From the NCBI RefSeq assembly GCF_000015805.1, contig NC_009073.1:840001-872000 (forward strand): a DNA stretch of 32,000 bases, written 5' to 3'. The position numbers and the translations under genes were made by a program. Position 1 is the stretch's first letter; the number at the start of each line of letters is the position of its first letter. This document shows positions 1-8,427 of this stretch, piece after piece. The notes under the pieces are model-generated. The model made no database searches and had not been told where the DNA came from. It was given only the letters and a program-made list of their open reading frames with translations. The DNA is from Pyrobaculum calidifontis JCM 11548. GTDB taxonomy: Archaea; Thermoproteota; Thermoprotei; Thermoproteales; Thermoproteaceae.

Positions 1-637
1 TAGCCGTGGTAACCACGTGGTCTGCGAATTTAGACACTGCCTCGGCCTTGGCGGGGCTAGTCACAGCCACCACCTTTGCCCCATAGGCCTTGGCCACTTG
101 CACCGCGTGTATCCCCACGCCGCCCCCTGCGCCGGTCACAACTACCACCTTACCAGGCCCCACCTCTGCCACTCTGGCCGCTCTAACCAAGGTGGAGAGG
201 ACGCAAGCCGCGTAAGACGCGGCCTCGAAGGAAACGCCTGGCGGTATTTTTACAAGGGCCTTGTAATCCACTGACACATACTCGGCGAAGACTCCGGGGA
301 TCTCCTCCCCCAGGACTTTCCTATTCCTACACAGATACTCTCTGCCAGATCTGCAGTGCTCGCACTCTCCGCAGAACTCGTACATCATGCCAGCCACCGC
401 GTCGCCCACCTTTAAGCCCTCTACGCCCTCGCCCACCTCTTCCACTACTCCCGCGAACTCGTGCCCGGGCACTATTGGCAGTTTGACCCGCTGAAACCCC
501 TTATAAGCCAGGTAGTCCCTATAACACACGCCGGCGGCCACAACTCTCACCACCACGCGGCCGCGCGTCGCCCGCGGCTTTTCCACTTCCTCAAGAGAAG
601 GCTGTTCGCCGAAGGCCCGTAAGACAAAGGCCTTCAT
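1..637 (-). CDS. Zn-dependent alcohol dehydrogenase / medium-chain dehydrogenase-reductase, N-terminal ~212 codons (3' end lies beyond the window edge)
   Basis: Absent from the ORF track because it runs off the edge. My translation from ATG 637..635 gives MKAFVLRAFGEQPSLEEVEKP...GVCYRDY...PGHEFAGVVEEVGEGV...CGECEHCRSGREYLC...VVVTGAGGGVGIHAVQVAK, with Zn-ligand motifs and a GxGxxG Rossmann motif. Confidence 0.85.
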   Translation of the reverse strand, partial: MKAFVLRAFGEQPSLEEVEKPRATRGRVVVRVVAAGVCYRDYLAYKGFQRVKLPIVPGHEFAGVVEEVGEGVEGLKVGDAVAGMMYEFCGECEHCRSGREYLCRNRKVLGEEIPGVFAEYVSVDYKALVKIPPGVSFEAASYAACVLSTLVRAARVAEVGPGKVVVVTGAGGGVGIHAVQVAKAYGAKVVAVTSPAKAEAVSKFADHVVTTA

Positions 638-657
638 ATAGGCGGTGCGAATCCCAA

Positions 658-665
658 GTTATAAC
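658..665 (-). promoter_or_regulatory. TATA-like box (GTTATAAC) for the alcohol dehydrogenase gene
   Basis: A/T-rich octamer about 22 nt upstream of ATG 637, the same spacing seen at other first genes in this window. Confidence 0.45.
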
Positions 666-678
666 TGTTCTCTCCCCC

Positions 679-1791
679 TTACTCCGCCTCAACTGCCCTT
701 ACGCCGATGCCCAAAAGCCTCCTCATCACTCTGTCTATTAGCCTTATGTAGGCGCCCCTCTGCCCTATAAAGGCGCCGAACTCGCTCCTCTTTACTTGCA
801 CGAGCAGCTCGGGGCCTGCGAAGTCTGCATCGACGATGTGCTTCTGAATCCAGCCGATGGGATGGAGCGCCCTAATCCACTGTTTAAAGTCCAGGGTCAT
901 TTCCAACACCCTCAGCCGCGCCCCCGCCTCCCCCTCAATGGTCTTAATCCGCTCTCCGCCCTTGCCCACCACTCTGCCCAGTTGCCCCTCTTTGACGACT
1001 AGGAGGGCGTCTGGCACATTTTCACTCTTTATCCCCAGCGCGTCTTTATCTGCGCGAAACTCCACGGCGGTTATTATGTCGGCATCTGGCGCAAAGATGC
1101 GCGCAGTCTCGTATATGTAACGCTCGGCGTCTGAAAGCGTCCTCTTGCGCATCCTCAGCTCGAGCGCAAGCCTAATCCCCCGCCTCGCGCCGGGCCTCAC
1201 GATGTCCTTCACGCCGAGGTCCACCACCTCGGCCTTCTCCTCCCCCAGCAACGCCTCTCTGAGAAGAGTTGCCCCATCTCTCTCGACGCCCACGGGCTTT
1301 TGGAAAATGGGGTCGCCGGCCACAATGAGGCGGCTGCCTCTCCCAAGCCTTATCAAGATCTCCGCGGCGCTCTCCGGCTGCACGTTTTGCGCGTCGTCGA
1401 GGAAGATTACGCTGTCGTCGAAGGTCCTGCCGCGCAGGTACGACACGTCTGTGACAACCACCTTCTCCTCCTTTATGAGCTTCTCCACATAGGCGCTGTC
1501 TGCGTAGGGGCCCAGGATGTCCCCCAAGTACGCCGAGGCTATTCTGTAGTACATGTCTCCGAGACGCTCCGGCGTCAGAGTCTCCCCCGTCGACACGTCC
1601 ACGATTGGACGCGCGATGATAAACCGCTTAGCCTTCCCATTCTCCACAGCCCAAATGCCGTAGGCAATGCTCAAAAGCGACTTGCCAGTCCCAGTGGGCC
1701 CAAAGAGACCCACAAGCTCGTTCTCAGGGTCCCTTAGCACATTTACAGCACGCTCCTGCCCCACAGTCATCGGCTTAAGCTTGTCAAGCAT
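679..1791 (-). CDS. PhoH-like P-loop ATPase with C-terminal KH RNA-binding domain
   Basis: Uses the internal start of track ORF 679..2142 (M118, ATG 1791..1789), which sits 20 nt from a TATA box. The longer form would overlap the divergent Nudix gene. Walker A is GPTGTGKS. The KH GXXG motif is VVGKGGERIKTIE near the C-terminus. Confidence 0.8.
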   Translation of the reverse strand: MLDKLKPMTVGQERAVNVLRDPENELVGLFGPTGTGKSLLSIAYGIWAVENGKAKRFIIARPIVDVSTGETLTPERLGDMYYRIASAYLGDILGPYADSAYVEKLIKEEKVVVTDVSYLRGRTFDDSVIFLDDAQNVQPESAAEILIRLGRGSRLIVAGDPIFQKPVGVERDGATLLREALLGEEKAEVVDLGVKDIVRPGARRGIRLALELRMRKRTLSDAERYIYETARIFAPDADIITAVEFRADKDALGIKSENVPDALLVVKEGQLGRVVGKGGERIKTIEGEAGARLRVLEMTLDFKQWIRALHPIGWIQKHIVDADFAGPELLVQVKRSEFGAFIGQRGAYIRLIDRVMRRLLGIGVRAVEAE

Positions 1792-1810
1792 GACCGACCG
1801 AGGGCACAAG

Positions 1811-1818
1811 TTTAAAAA
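1811..1818 (-). promoter_or_regulatory. TATA box (TTTTTAAA on minus strand) for the PhoH-like gene
   Basis: Lies 20 nt upstream of ATG 1791. Confidence 0.55.
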
Positions 1819-1865
1819 CGTTAACAACTCAACGCCACAGCGCGCAAGCGGCGGCTTAGTCAAAG

Positions 1866-1874
1866 TTTTAAATT
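1866..1874 (+). promoter_or_regulatory. TATA box (TTTTAAATT) for the Nudix gene
   Basis: Lies 20 nt upstream of ATG 1894. This argues against the TTG 1873 start in the track. Confidence 0.55.
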
Positions 1875-1893
1875 GACCGGCTCGGTGACGCTC

Positions 1894-2307
1894 ATGGAGA
1901 GGCCAGCAGTAGCCGTGGCCGCGGCCGTGGTCAAAGATGGGAAGGTCCTTCTCATCAAGCGTAAGTACCCACCGTCGGCGGGCAAGTGGTCTCTCCCAGG
2001 GGGCCACGTGGAGTTGGGAGAGAGACTTGAGGAGGCTGTGCTTAGGGAGCTGAGGGAGGAGACGGGCATAGAGGGCGTTGTAAAAAAGTTCTTGGCCCCA
2101 GTGGAGTACATAGAGCGGGAGGGGGACAAGGTGAAATACCACTTTGTCATTCTCGTGTACTTGGTGGAGGGCGACGGGGCGCCAAGGGCCTCGGACGACG
2201 CCGAAGACGCCGCATGGGTGGAGTTAGAAAGGGCGTTTGAGCTGGACTTAACTAAGACCGCTAGGGAGGTGCTGAGGCTTCTGGCTGAGTCTGGCGGGAG
2301 GGGCTAA
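1894..2307 (+). CDS. Nudix hydrolase
   Basis: Nudix box GGHVELGERLEEAVLRELREETGI (GX5EX7REUXEEXGU). Start chosen at ATG 1894 (MERPAVAVAAAVV...). Confidence 0.85.
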   Translation: MERPAVAVAAAVVKDGKVLLIKRKYPPSAGKWSLPGGHVELGERLEEAVLRELREETGIEGVVKKFLAPVEYIEREGDKVKYHFVILVYLVEGDGAPRASDDAEDAAWVELERAFELDLTKTAREVLRLLAESGGRG

Positions 2308-2386
2308 GCCTTGCCGCACTTCCCGCGGTGTTTTACTATGGTGTATGTCACCACGGCTGTGAATATCAATGCGGTGATGAGCGTGT

Positions 2387-3325
2387 CTAGCCCCATAGCT
2401 CTTTTGCCAGGTCCTCCGCCGTCTTTTTAACGGCCTCGGCGCTTGTCATAGTGGGCCTCCACCCCGTCAGCTTCATGAGCTTTGTCACTGCGAGTGTCAT
2501 GTACTTCACGTCTCCGGGCCACCCCCTCCCGTCTGGGGTAGAGGGGACTAGCCTAATCTCGGGCCTTAGCCCCAAGACCTCTGCCACTATCTGCGCAATG
2601 TCTAACACCCTCACCGCGTCTACGTTGCCCACGTTGAGGGCTAGGAAGGGGGCATCCATCTCCTCGAACTTCTTCCACGCGGCCAACGTGGCCTCTACGG
2701 CGTCTCTGACGTAGAGGTAGCTCTTTCTCTGCGTCCCGTCTCCCAGCACCTCGAGGACGTTGGGGTTTCTCCTGAGCTTCATTATAAAGTCGTATATTAC
2801 GCCGTGCCTAAGCCGGGGCCCTACCACATTCGCGTACCTAACCGCGAGGCACCGGACGCCGAATAGCCTGGCGTAGGTGGCGCACATGACCTCGCCCGCC
2901 GCCTTTGCCGCGCCGTAGACCGATATCGGCTTGTACGGCTCTTCCTCCGGCGTTGGAATGACGTCGGCGTCGCCGTACACGGTGGAGGATGAGGCAAATA
3001 CCACAGTCCTCACCCCCGTCTGCCTCGCCCACTCTAACACGTTGAAAGTGGCTACCACGTTCTCGTTGAAGTGAACGATGGGCTCTGTGGTGGATAGGCG
3101 GACTTCGGGGTTTGCGGCGAAGTGGAAAACTACGTCGCCTTTGATCCCCGCGCCCCAGGAGTAGTCCTTGAGGTCTCTGACGTGGAGCTCTGCGCTGGGG
3201 TTGACAAACTCGCGTCTGCCGCTCGAGAGGTTGTCCACGACGACGACCTCGTACCCAAGCTCCACGAGCTTGTCCACGAGGTGGCTACCAATGAACCCAG
3301 CGCCGCCTGTTACAACAATTCTCAT
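2387..3325 (-). CDS. NAD-dependent nucleoside-diphosphate-sugar epimerase/dehydratase (UDP-glucose 4-epimerase-like SDR)
   Basis: N-terminal MRIVVTGGAGFIGSHLV Rossmann motif and catalytic YxxxK (SVYGAAKAAGE), 312 aa. Confidence 0.85.
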   Translation of the reverse strand: MRIVVTGGAGFIGSHLVDKLVELGYEVVVVDNLSSGRREFVNPSAELHVRDLKDYSWGAGIKGDVVFHFAANPEVRLSTTEPIVHFNENVVATFNVLEWARQTGVRTVVFASSSTVYGDADVIPTPEEEPYKPISVYGAAKAAGEVMCATYARLFGVRCLAVRYANVVGPRLRHGVIYDFIMKLRRNPNVLEVLGDGTQRKSYLYVRDAVEATLAAWKKFEEMDAPFLALNVGNVDAVRVLDIAQIVAEVLGLRPEIRLVPSTPDGRGWPGDVKYMTLAVTKLMKLTGWRPTMTSAEAVKKTAEDLAKELWG

Positions 3326-3344
3326 GTGGCAGAGAGCTACCCGC

Positions 3345-3353
3345 TTTTTAAAA
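3345..3353 (-). promoter_or_regulatory. TATA box (TTTTAAAAA) for the epimerase gene
   Basis: Lies 20 nt upstream of ATG 3325. Confidence 0.55.
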
Positions 3354-3423
3354 CTAACCTAGGGCAAGAGCCGAATTGTCCACAAAACTTGGCTCACCTC
3401 CTAGCAACGCTCTTAAGTTTTGA

Positions 3424-3458
3424 AGATTGCAATCTGCAAGATTTGAATCTTGCAGATT
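3424..3458. repeat. Array of alternating inverted pentamers AGATT/AATCT containing two nested perfect palindromes
   Basis: AGATTGCAATCT (3424-3435) is a perfect 12-bp palindrome. AATCTGCAAGATT (3431-3443) and AATCTTGCAGATT (3446-3458) are perfect 13-nt inverted arms separated by TG. Confidence 0.8.
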
Positions 3459-3668
3459 TAGTCTTGTGTGTTTGTAGATAGGTCTGAGGAGTTGCACATC
3501 CTTGAGGAGCTCTCTAAGCGGCGACAGAGTGGTGGCCATAGAAGTCAAGTGGGGAGGCGTGGACGAAGGCGAGGCTCTTGAGATAGTCCGAGAGACTAAG
3601 AAAAGCTCGGCGGGAGAGAGGGGGTGTACCTTGTGGCCGCCAGGAGGAGCCCAGAGGAGGACACGTTA

Positions 3669-4232
3669 TCACTGCCGAGGATATATTCGCCCCCCGCTAG
3701 GCGTATCTACGTCGAATAATACGCCGGGGTCGTCCACCTCCACATATTTAACCTCGGCGTGTTCCACAAGCGCCCTAAGCCCCACGTCGCCTGACAACAG
3801 CTCCAAGGCCAGGGGGTATGCGTCTCTGCAACACGCCGCGGGGTTACCCCTCGCCCCCTTGTACACGGGGAACACGATGCCTCTTTCACACGCCGACGCC
3901 ACTGCGACAACTGTGCGTGGAGACACCTCGGGCATGTCCCCCAGCATGAACACGAGGCACCTCCTGTCTATCAACGCGGAGACCGCCGCCTTTACACTTG
4001 TGGAAAGCCCAAGGCGCCACCACGGGTTGTAGATAAAGCCGTCCACCAGCCCCGCCGCCCTGCGCACCTCGTCGGCGACGTAGCCCAAGACTACGTACAC
4101 TTCCCCAAGCGCCTCTTTGGCAGACTCAACGGCCCATCTCACAAGCGGCTTCCCCCTGTACTCTGCCACAAGCTTCAGCCCGCCGAACCTCGTGGAGGCC
4201 CCCGCCGCTAGGACTACCCCCGTGCAGACCAC
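3669..4232 (-). CDS. MobA/MocA-like molybdenum cofactor nucleotidyltransferase
   Basis: N-terminal VVLAAGASTRFGG (LAAGxSxRxG) motif, 187 aa. Last gene of the Mo-hydroxylase operon, overlapping the large-subunit stop by 19 nt. Confidence 0.75.
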   Translation of the reverse strand: MVCTGVVLAAGASTRFGGLKLVAEYRGKPLVRWAVESAKEALGEVYVVLGYVADEVRRAAGLVDGFIYNPWWRLGLSTSVKAAVSALIDRRCLVFMLGDMPEVSPRTVVAVASACERGIVFPVYKGARGNPAACCRDAYPLALELLSGDVGLRALVEHAEVKYVEVDDPGVLFDVDTPSGGRIYPRQ

Positions 4233-6397
4233 ATTAGCTTGTACACGTACTCGGGGTCCGCCGGCGTCTTAACAATTCTGGCCCTGGGGTTTATCTTCCT
4301 AATGGCGTCTTCCACCGCGCTTATGACCGCAGGCGTTGAAGCAATGGTAGCGGCCTCGCCTATGCCCTTGCTCCCAATGGGCGTCGCCGAGGGGTGAGGC
4401 TCCTCTGCGAAATAGACCTCGAACCTCGGCGCCTCGTGGGCCGTGGGCACGTAGTAGTAGGCGAGGTTGGGGGTGAGGAGGTTGCCCCCCTCGTCGTATA
4501 TTGCCTCCTCGTACAAGGCTTGTGCAATGCCCTGGAGCGCGCCGCCGTGTATTTGACCAGCGGCCAGCAGGGGGTTGACCACTTGCCCCACGTCGTCGTA
4601 CGACTTGTACAAAAGCGGTTTGACAAACCCCGTCTCTGGGTCCACTTCTACGACGGCTAAGTGTACGCCGAAGGGGAAGTTGGACTCGGCGTGGTATATG
4701 GCCTCAACTGTCAGCTGCGCCTCGGCGTCGCCCCTCAGCACTGCTTTAACCACGTCTTGTATCGTTGCGCTTCTGTCTCCGCAGTGGAAGACGCCGCCTC
4801 TGTACACGGGCTCGCAGTTCAACAACTGCGCCGCCGCCTTCGACAACTCGGCCTTAAGCTTCCTCGCGGCGAGGATGGCCGCGGAGCCCCCCGCCGTTAT
4901 TGAACGAGATCCCATGGTCCCAATTCCGTCGGGGACGTAGGCGGTGTCGCCCCAGTACACCCTCACCTTCTCTATCGGTATTTCTAGCTCGTCTGCCACC
5001 ACTTGCGCGAGGGCGGTCACAAGCCCTTGGCCTGTGGGAGTGAGTGCGGTGTACACTGTTATACTCCCGTCGCGCTCGGCCCGCATGACCACGGCCTCGT
5101 AGCCAAACGTAGTTATTTCTACATATGCCGAAAGCCCTACGCCTATGAGCCTCCCATTCTTCTTCCACTCCTCCTCCGCCCACCTCTTGAGCTGGTAGTA
5201 GCCGAGTTTTTCAAGCGCTCTCTCGAACACGGCAGGGTAGTCCCCCGTGTCGTACGTGACGCCGAGCGGGTTCGTGTACGGGAGACGCTTGACCAAGTTC
5301 CTTCTCCTTACCTCTATGCGGTCTAGGCCCAGCTCGTCGGCCACTGCATCCACTATCCTCTCGATGAAGAACGTCGCCTCGGGGCGCCCTGCGCCGCGGT
5401 ACGCGCTTAGGGGGGTCTTATTGGTCAACACAGAGACCGCCCTCACCCTCGCCGCTCTAATCTCGTACGGCCCCGGCAACATCTTCGCCGCCGTGTCCGC
5501 CAGCCCCTCGCCCCAGTAGTAGGCCCCGGCGTCTGCGTACACGGTTCCCTCGATTGCCAAAATTCTGCCGCCGTTGTCAACGGCGACTTTGTAGTCTAGG
5601 ACGAGGGCCCTCCCGTGGGTCGTGGCCTTGAAGTCCTCGCTCCTCGTCGCGACCCACTTAACCGTCCTCTTGAGCATATAGGCCGCCTTTGCCACCGCCA
5701 CCTCCTCCGGGTAGACGAGGAGCTTTGAGCCAAAGGCGCCGCCCACGTACGGCTGAATGACTCTCACAGAGGAGAGGGGCAGGTCAAGCGCCTTAGCCAC
5801 CTCTTTCTTAATGTCGAAGGGCACCTGCGTAGAGCTCCACATAGTCAGCGTCGCTCCGTCGTACATGGCCACGACGCCACGCGGCTCCATAGCCGCTGGT
5901 ATAACGCGCTGAGTGGACAGCCTCCCCTCGAGGACCCGCGCCGCCTCTCTAAACGCGCCCTCCACGTCGCCACCTTGGTATACCTCGTCGCTTGCAATGT
6001 TGGAGCCAAGCGACTCGTCCACCAGCGGGGCCCCGGGCTTCATTGCCTCAAATATGTCCAACACGGCGGGAAGCGGCTCGTATTCCACCACTGCCTTCTC
6101 CAACGCGTCGTAGAGCAGATATCTGTCTCTGGCCACTACCATTGCCACGGCCTCTCCCTGGTAGCGGACTTTCCCGCCGGGGGCAAAGCCGAGCTCTGGG
6201 CCAAACACTGCCACGACGCCTTTGGCCCCCCTAACGTCCGACAAATCCACTTTTACAACTCTGGCATGGGCATACGGAGATCTGACGAACCCAGCGTATA
6301 ACACGCCTGGGGGTTCTATGTCGTCTACATACTGCGCGCGCCCTCTCAAAATGACGTCGTCCTCGACACGGAGGATGGGCTTGCCGATGTACCTCAT
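4214..6397 (-). CDS. Molybdopterin-binding large subunit of a xanthine dehydrogenase/CoxL-family hydroxylase (form II type)
   Basis: Internal start M53 of track ORF (MRYIGKPILRVEDDVILRG...). It forms an ATGA overlap with the upstream 2Fe-2S subunit stop (6394-6397). The active-site loop reads AYRGAGR (5384-5404). Confidence 0.85.
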   Translation of the reverse strand: MRYIGKPILRVEDDVILRGRAQYVDDIEPPGVLYAGFVRSPYAHARVVKVDLSDVRGAKGVVAVFGPELGFAPGGKVRYQGEAVAMVVARDRYLLYDALEKAVVEYEPLPAVLDIFEAMKPGAPLVDESLGSNIASDEVYQGGDVEGAFREAARVLEGRLSTQRVIPAAMEPRGVVAMYDGATLTMWSSTQVPFDIKKEVAKALDLPLSSVRVIQPYVGGAFGSKLLVYPEEVAVAKAAYMLKRTVKWVATRSEDFKATTHGRALVLDYKVAVDNGGRILAIEGTVYADAGAYYWGEGLADTAAKMLPGPYEIRAARVRAVSVLTNKTPLSAYRGAGRPEATFFIERIVDAVADELGLDRIEVRRRNLVKRLPYTNPLGVTYDTGDYPAVFERALEKLGYYQLKRWAEEEWKKNGRLIGVGLSAYVEITTFGYEAVVMRAERDGSITVYTALTPTGQGLVTALAQVVADELEIPIEKVRVYWGDTAYVPDGIGTMGSRSITAGGSAAILAARKLKAELSKAAAQLLNCEPVYRGGVFHCGDRSATIQDVVKAVLRGDAEAQLTVEAIYHAESNFPFGVHLAVVEVDPETGFVKPLLYKSYDDVGQVVNPLLAAGQIHGGALQGIAQALYEEAIYDEGGNLLTPNLAYYYVPTAHEAPRFEVYFAEEPHPSATPIGSKGIGEAATIASTPAVISAVEDAIRKINPRARIVKTPADPEYVYKLMWSARG

Positions 6398-6834
6398 ACC
6401 AACACCTCCTTTATGGCGTTTATGATGTTTTGATATCCCGTGCACCTGCACAGATTTCCGCTTATCCCCTCCACAACCTCCTCCTCGCTCTTGGCGCCGG
6501 ACTTGGCCAAGTGGTAGGCAGATATGAGCATGCCCGAGGTGCAGTAGCCGCACTGAGCCGCGTGGTTCCTCTTAAACGCCTCCCTTATCTTCTCCATGAG
6601 CTCGTCGCTGTACTCAGCCGTGATGATCTCAGCGCCGTCTGCTTGGACGGCCAACACGTTACAGCTTTTGACAGGCCTGCCGTTCATCAACACTGTACAC
6701 GCGCCACACGTCGCCGTGTCGCAACCTACTTTAACAGAGGTGTAGCCCAGCTCCCTAAGTACGTGTACCAACAGCCTCCTGGGCTCTACTTCTACCTCGT
6801 GTATGTTTCCGTTCACCTTAAGCGTGATCTTCAT
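6394..6834 (-). CDS. [2Fe-2S] small subunit of the Mo-hydroxylase (CoxS/XdhC-type)
   Basis: Cys clusters CDTATCGAC..C and CGYCTSG...CRCTGY, 146 aa. Confidence 0.9.
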   Translation of the reverse strand: MKITLKVNGNIHEVEVEPRRLLVHVLRELGYTSVKVGCDTATCGACTVLMNGRPVKSCNVLAVQADGAEIITAEYSDELMEKIREAFKRNHAAQCGYCTSGMLISAYHLAKSGAKSEEEVVEGISGNLCRCTGYQNIINAIKEVLV

Positions 6835-7646
6835 AGCCTCTCCAAGGCCCTCTTCACTCCCACTTTCACAAGCGCCCGCCTATACTCAGAGGAGGCCCTG
6901 AAGTCGCTTGGCGGCTCCACCTCCTTCGCAGCTACCTCAGCTATTTCCACGACGGCGTCTTTAGACAGGCGGGAGCCCAGGGCGGCGGCCTCGGCCTTCT
7001 TAAGCCTAATGGGCTTGTCGGCGACGCCGGACGCGGCGATTCTAACCCACTTCACATGTCCCTCCTCCACCTCCGCCGCTACGGCCACCGCCACTAGGGC
7101 GAAGTCGTTGTGCCTTCTGGAGAACTTTACGAAGGCCACACGCGGCGGACATTTGAGCCTCACCTCCGTCAAAACTTCCCCCCGCTCCAGCGCCGTGGAG
7201 TAGGGCCCCCTGAAGAAGTCGTCCACTTCCACCTCTCTACGCCCAGAGGGCCCCTCGGCGACCAGCGACGCCCCGGCCGCTAGCATTGCCACAGGCCAAT
7301 CGCCGAGGGGGTCCGCGTGGGCCAGAGAGCCCCCGACGGTGCCAAGCGACCTAATCTGTTGGTCGCCTATCCTCCTTGCAGTTTCTCTAAGCAACGGGCA
7401 GGGGGAGTTCTCCAGCTCGTAGTGCCTAGTAAGCGCGCCTATCTTTACCACGTCGCCGTATTGGACGTAGCGCAGCTCTCTTATTCCGCCGAGGTCTACC
7501 ACAAGGGTCGGAGAGATGAGCCTGAGCTTGAGGAGGGGGATCAGCGACTGGCCCCCTGCCAGCGCCACTGCGCCTTCGGCGGAGAGGCGGCGAACCGCTT
7601 CGCCAACTGTATACACTTTTACGTATTCAAACTCCGGAGGATACAC
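6831..7646 (-). CDS. FAD-binding medium subunit of the Mo-hydroxylase (CoxM-type)
   Basis: ALAGGQSLIPLLKLRL FAD-binding motif, 271 aa, GTG start. Overlaps the small-subunit start by 4 nt. Confidence 0.85.
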   Translation of the reverse strand: MYPPEFEYVKVYTVGEAVRRLSAEGAVALAGGQSLIPLLKLRLISPTLVVDLGGIRELRYVQYGDVVKIGALTRHYELENSPCPLLRETARRIGDQQIRSLGTVGGSLAHADPLGDWPVAMLAAGASLVAEGPSGRREVEVDDFFRGPYSTALERGEVLTEVRLKCPPRVAFVKFSRRHNDFALVAVAVAAEVEEGHVKWVRIAASGVADKPIRLKKAEAAALGSRLSKDAVVEIAEVAAKEVEPPSDFRASSEYRRALVKVGVKRALERL

Positions 7647-7658
7647 ACCGCGATGTCC

Positions 7659-8420
7659 CTACTCCCTTTTAAAGATATCGCCTATACACTCCAGCGCCTT
7701 GTAAAACCTCTCGTAGGCCACGTCTGGGTCAATCAACGATCTACCAAGGTCGCCGCCCTCCTGCAGAGCTTTCATGAACTCGTCCAGCGGGGCCCTCTCC
7801 GCGTACCGTTGCGCGTTTTTGTCTCTGAGAAGCGAGAAGGCGTAGGTGGCGAGGTATTTGAAGGACGTGCCTCCATATTTGACGATCTCTTCGCCTGCCT
7901 CGGAGTACAGTCTTGCGAGTGCAAGCCCCACCGCGTAGCTCAACGCGATCGTCCTTGAGACATAGTAGTCGTGTTTAGACAAGTCGCCCCACTCCACTTC
8001 TGCGCCAAGGCTCCGCCAGAACTCAAAGGCGCGCTGAGCCCCGCTCCTCCCCGGCACCTCCATCACCAACACCCTCTGCCCTCTTATGCCGGAGGCGCCC
8101 GGCCCAAACAGGGGGTGGACCGTGGCCACCTCTGCGTCGGGGGGAAACCGTCTGTACACCTCTGCCAGCCCCTCCTTAAAGGTCGCTATGTCCATCACAA
8201 GCCGCCCAGAGGCCGTGGGCGCAATGGCGTCTAGGACCTTCGCGGTGTCCCAAAAGGGCACCGCCACCAGCACCACATCAGACCACTCTACAAGCGCCGC
8301 GAGGCTTTCCACGTCGCTCTTCGACTTGTCCACGTCGTATATCAACACGTCGTGCGCCTTGCCTATCTCGCGCCTAAGCCACTGCCCCATGGCGCCGCCT
8401 CCCACAATGCCCACTCTCAC
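7659..8420 (-). CDS. tyrA: Prephenate dehydrogenase
   Basis: Start moved to GTG 8420 (VRVGIVGGGAMGQW, NAD-binding GxGxxG), 7 nt after the DAHP synthase stop. The longer track ORF would overlap the upstream gene by 71 nt. Confidence 0.8.
   Translation of the reverse strand: MRVGIVGGGAMGQWLRREIGKAHDVLIYDVDKSKSDVESLAALVEWSDVVLVAVPFWDTAKVLDAIAPTASGRLVMDIATFKEGLAEVYRRFPPDAEVATVHPLFGPGASGIRGQRVLVMEVPGRSGAQRAFEFWRSLGAEVEWGDLSKHDYYVSRTIALSYAVGLALARLYSEAGEEIVKYGGTSFKYLATYAFSLLRDKNAQRYAERAPLDEFMKALQEGGDLGRSLIDPDVAYERFYKALECIGDIFKRE
7667..7674 (-). promoter_or_regulatory. TATA box (CTTTAAAA) for the Mo-hydroxylase operon, embedded in the last codons of the upstream tyrA gene
   Basis: Lies 21 nt upstream of GTG 7646 and inside the 3' coding end of CDS 7659..8420. 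Confidence 0.5.
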
Positions 8421-8427
8421 GGCTACG

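Noticed and set aside
3421-3487. A possible C/D box sRNA, with UGAAGA as the C box and CUGA as the D box around the palindrome array.
   Set aside because: The C box is degenerate and the internal D'/C' boxes are absent. The guide spacing is too short, at about 7 nt.
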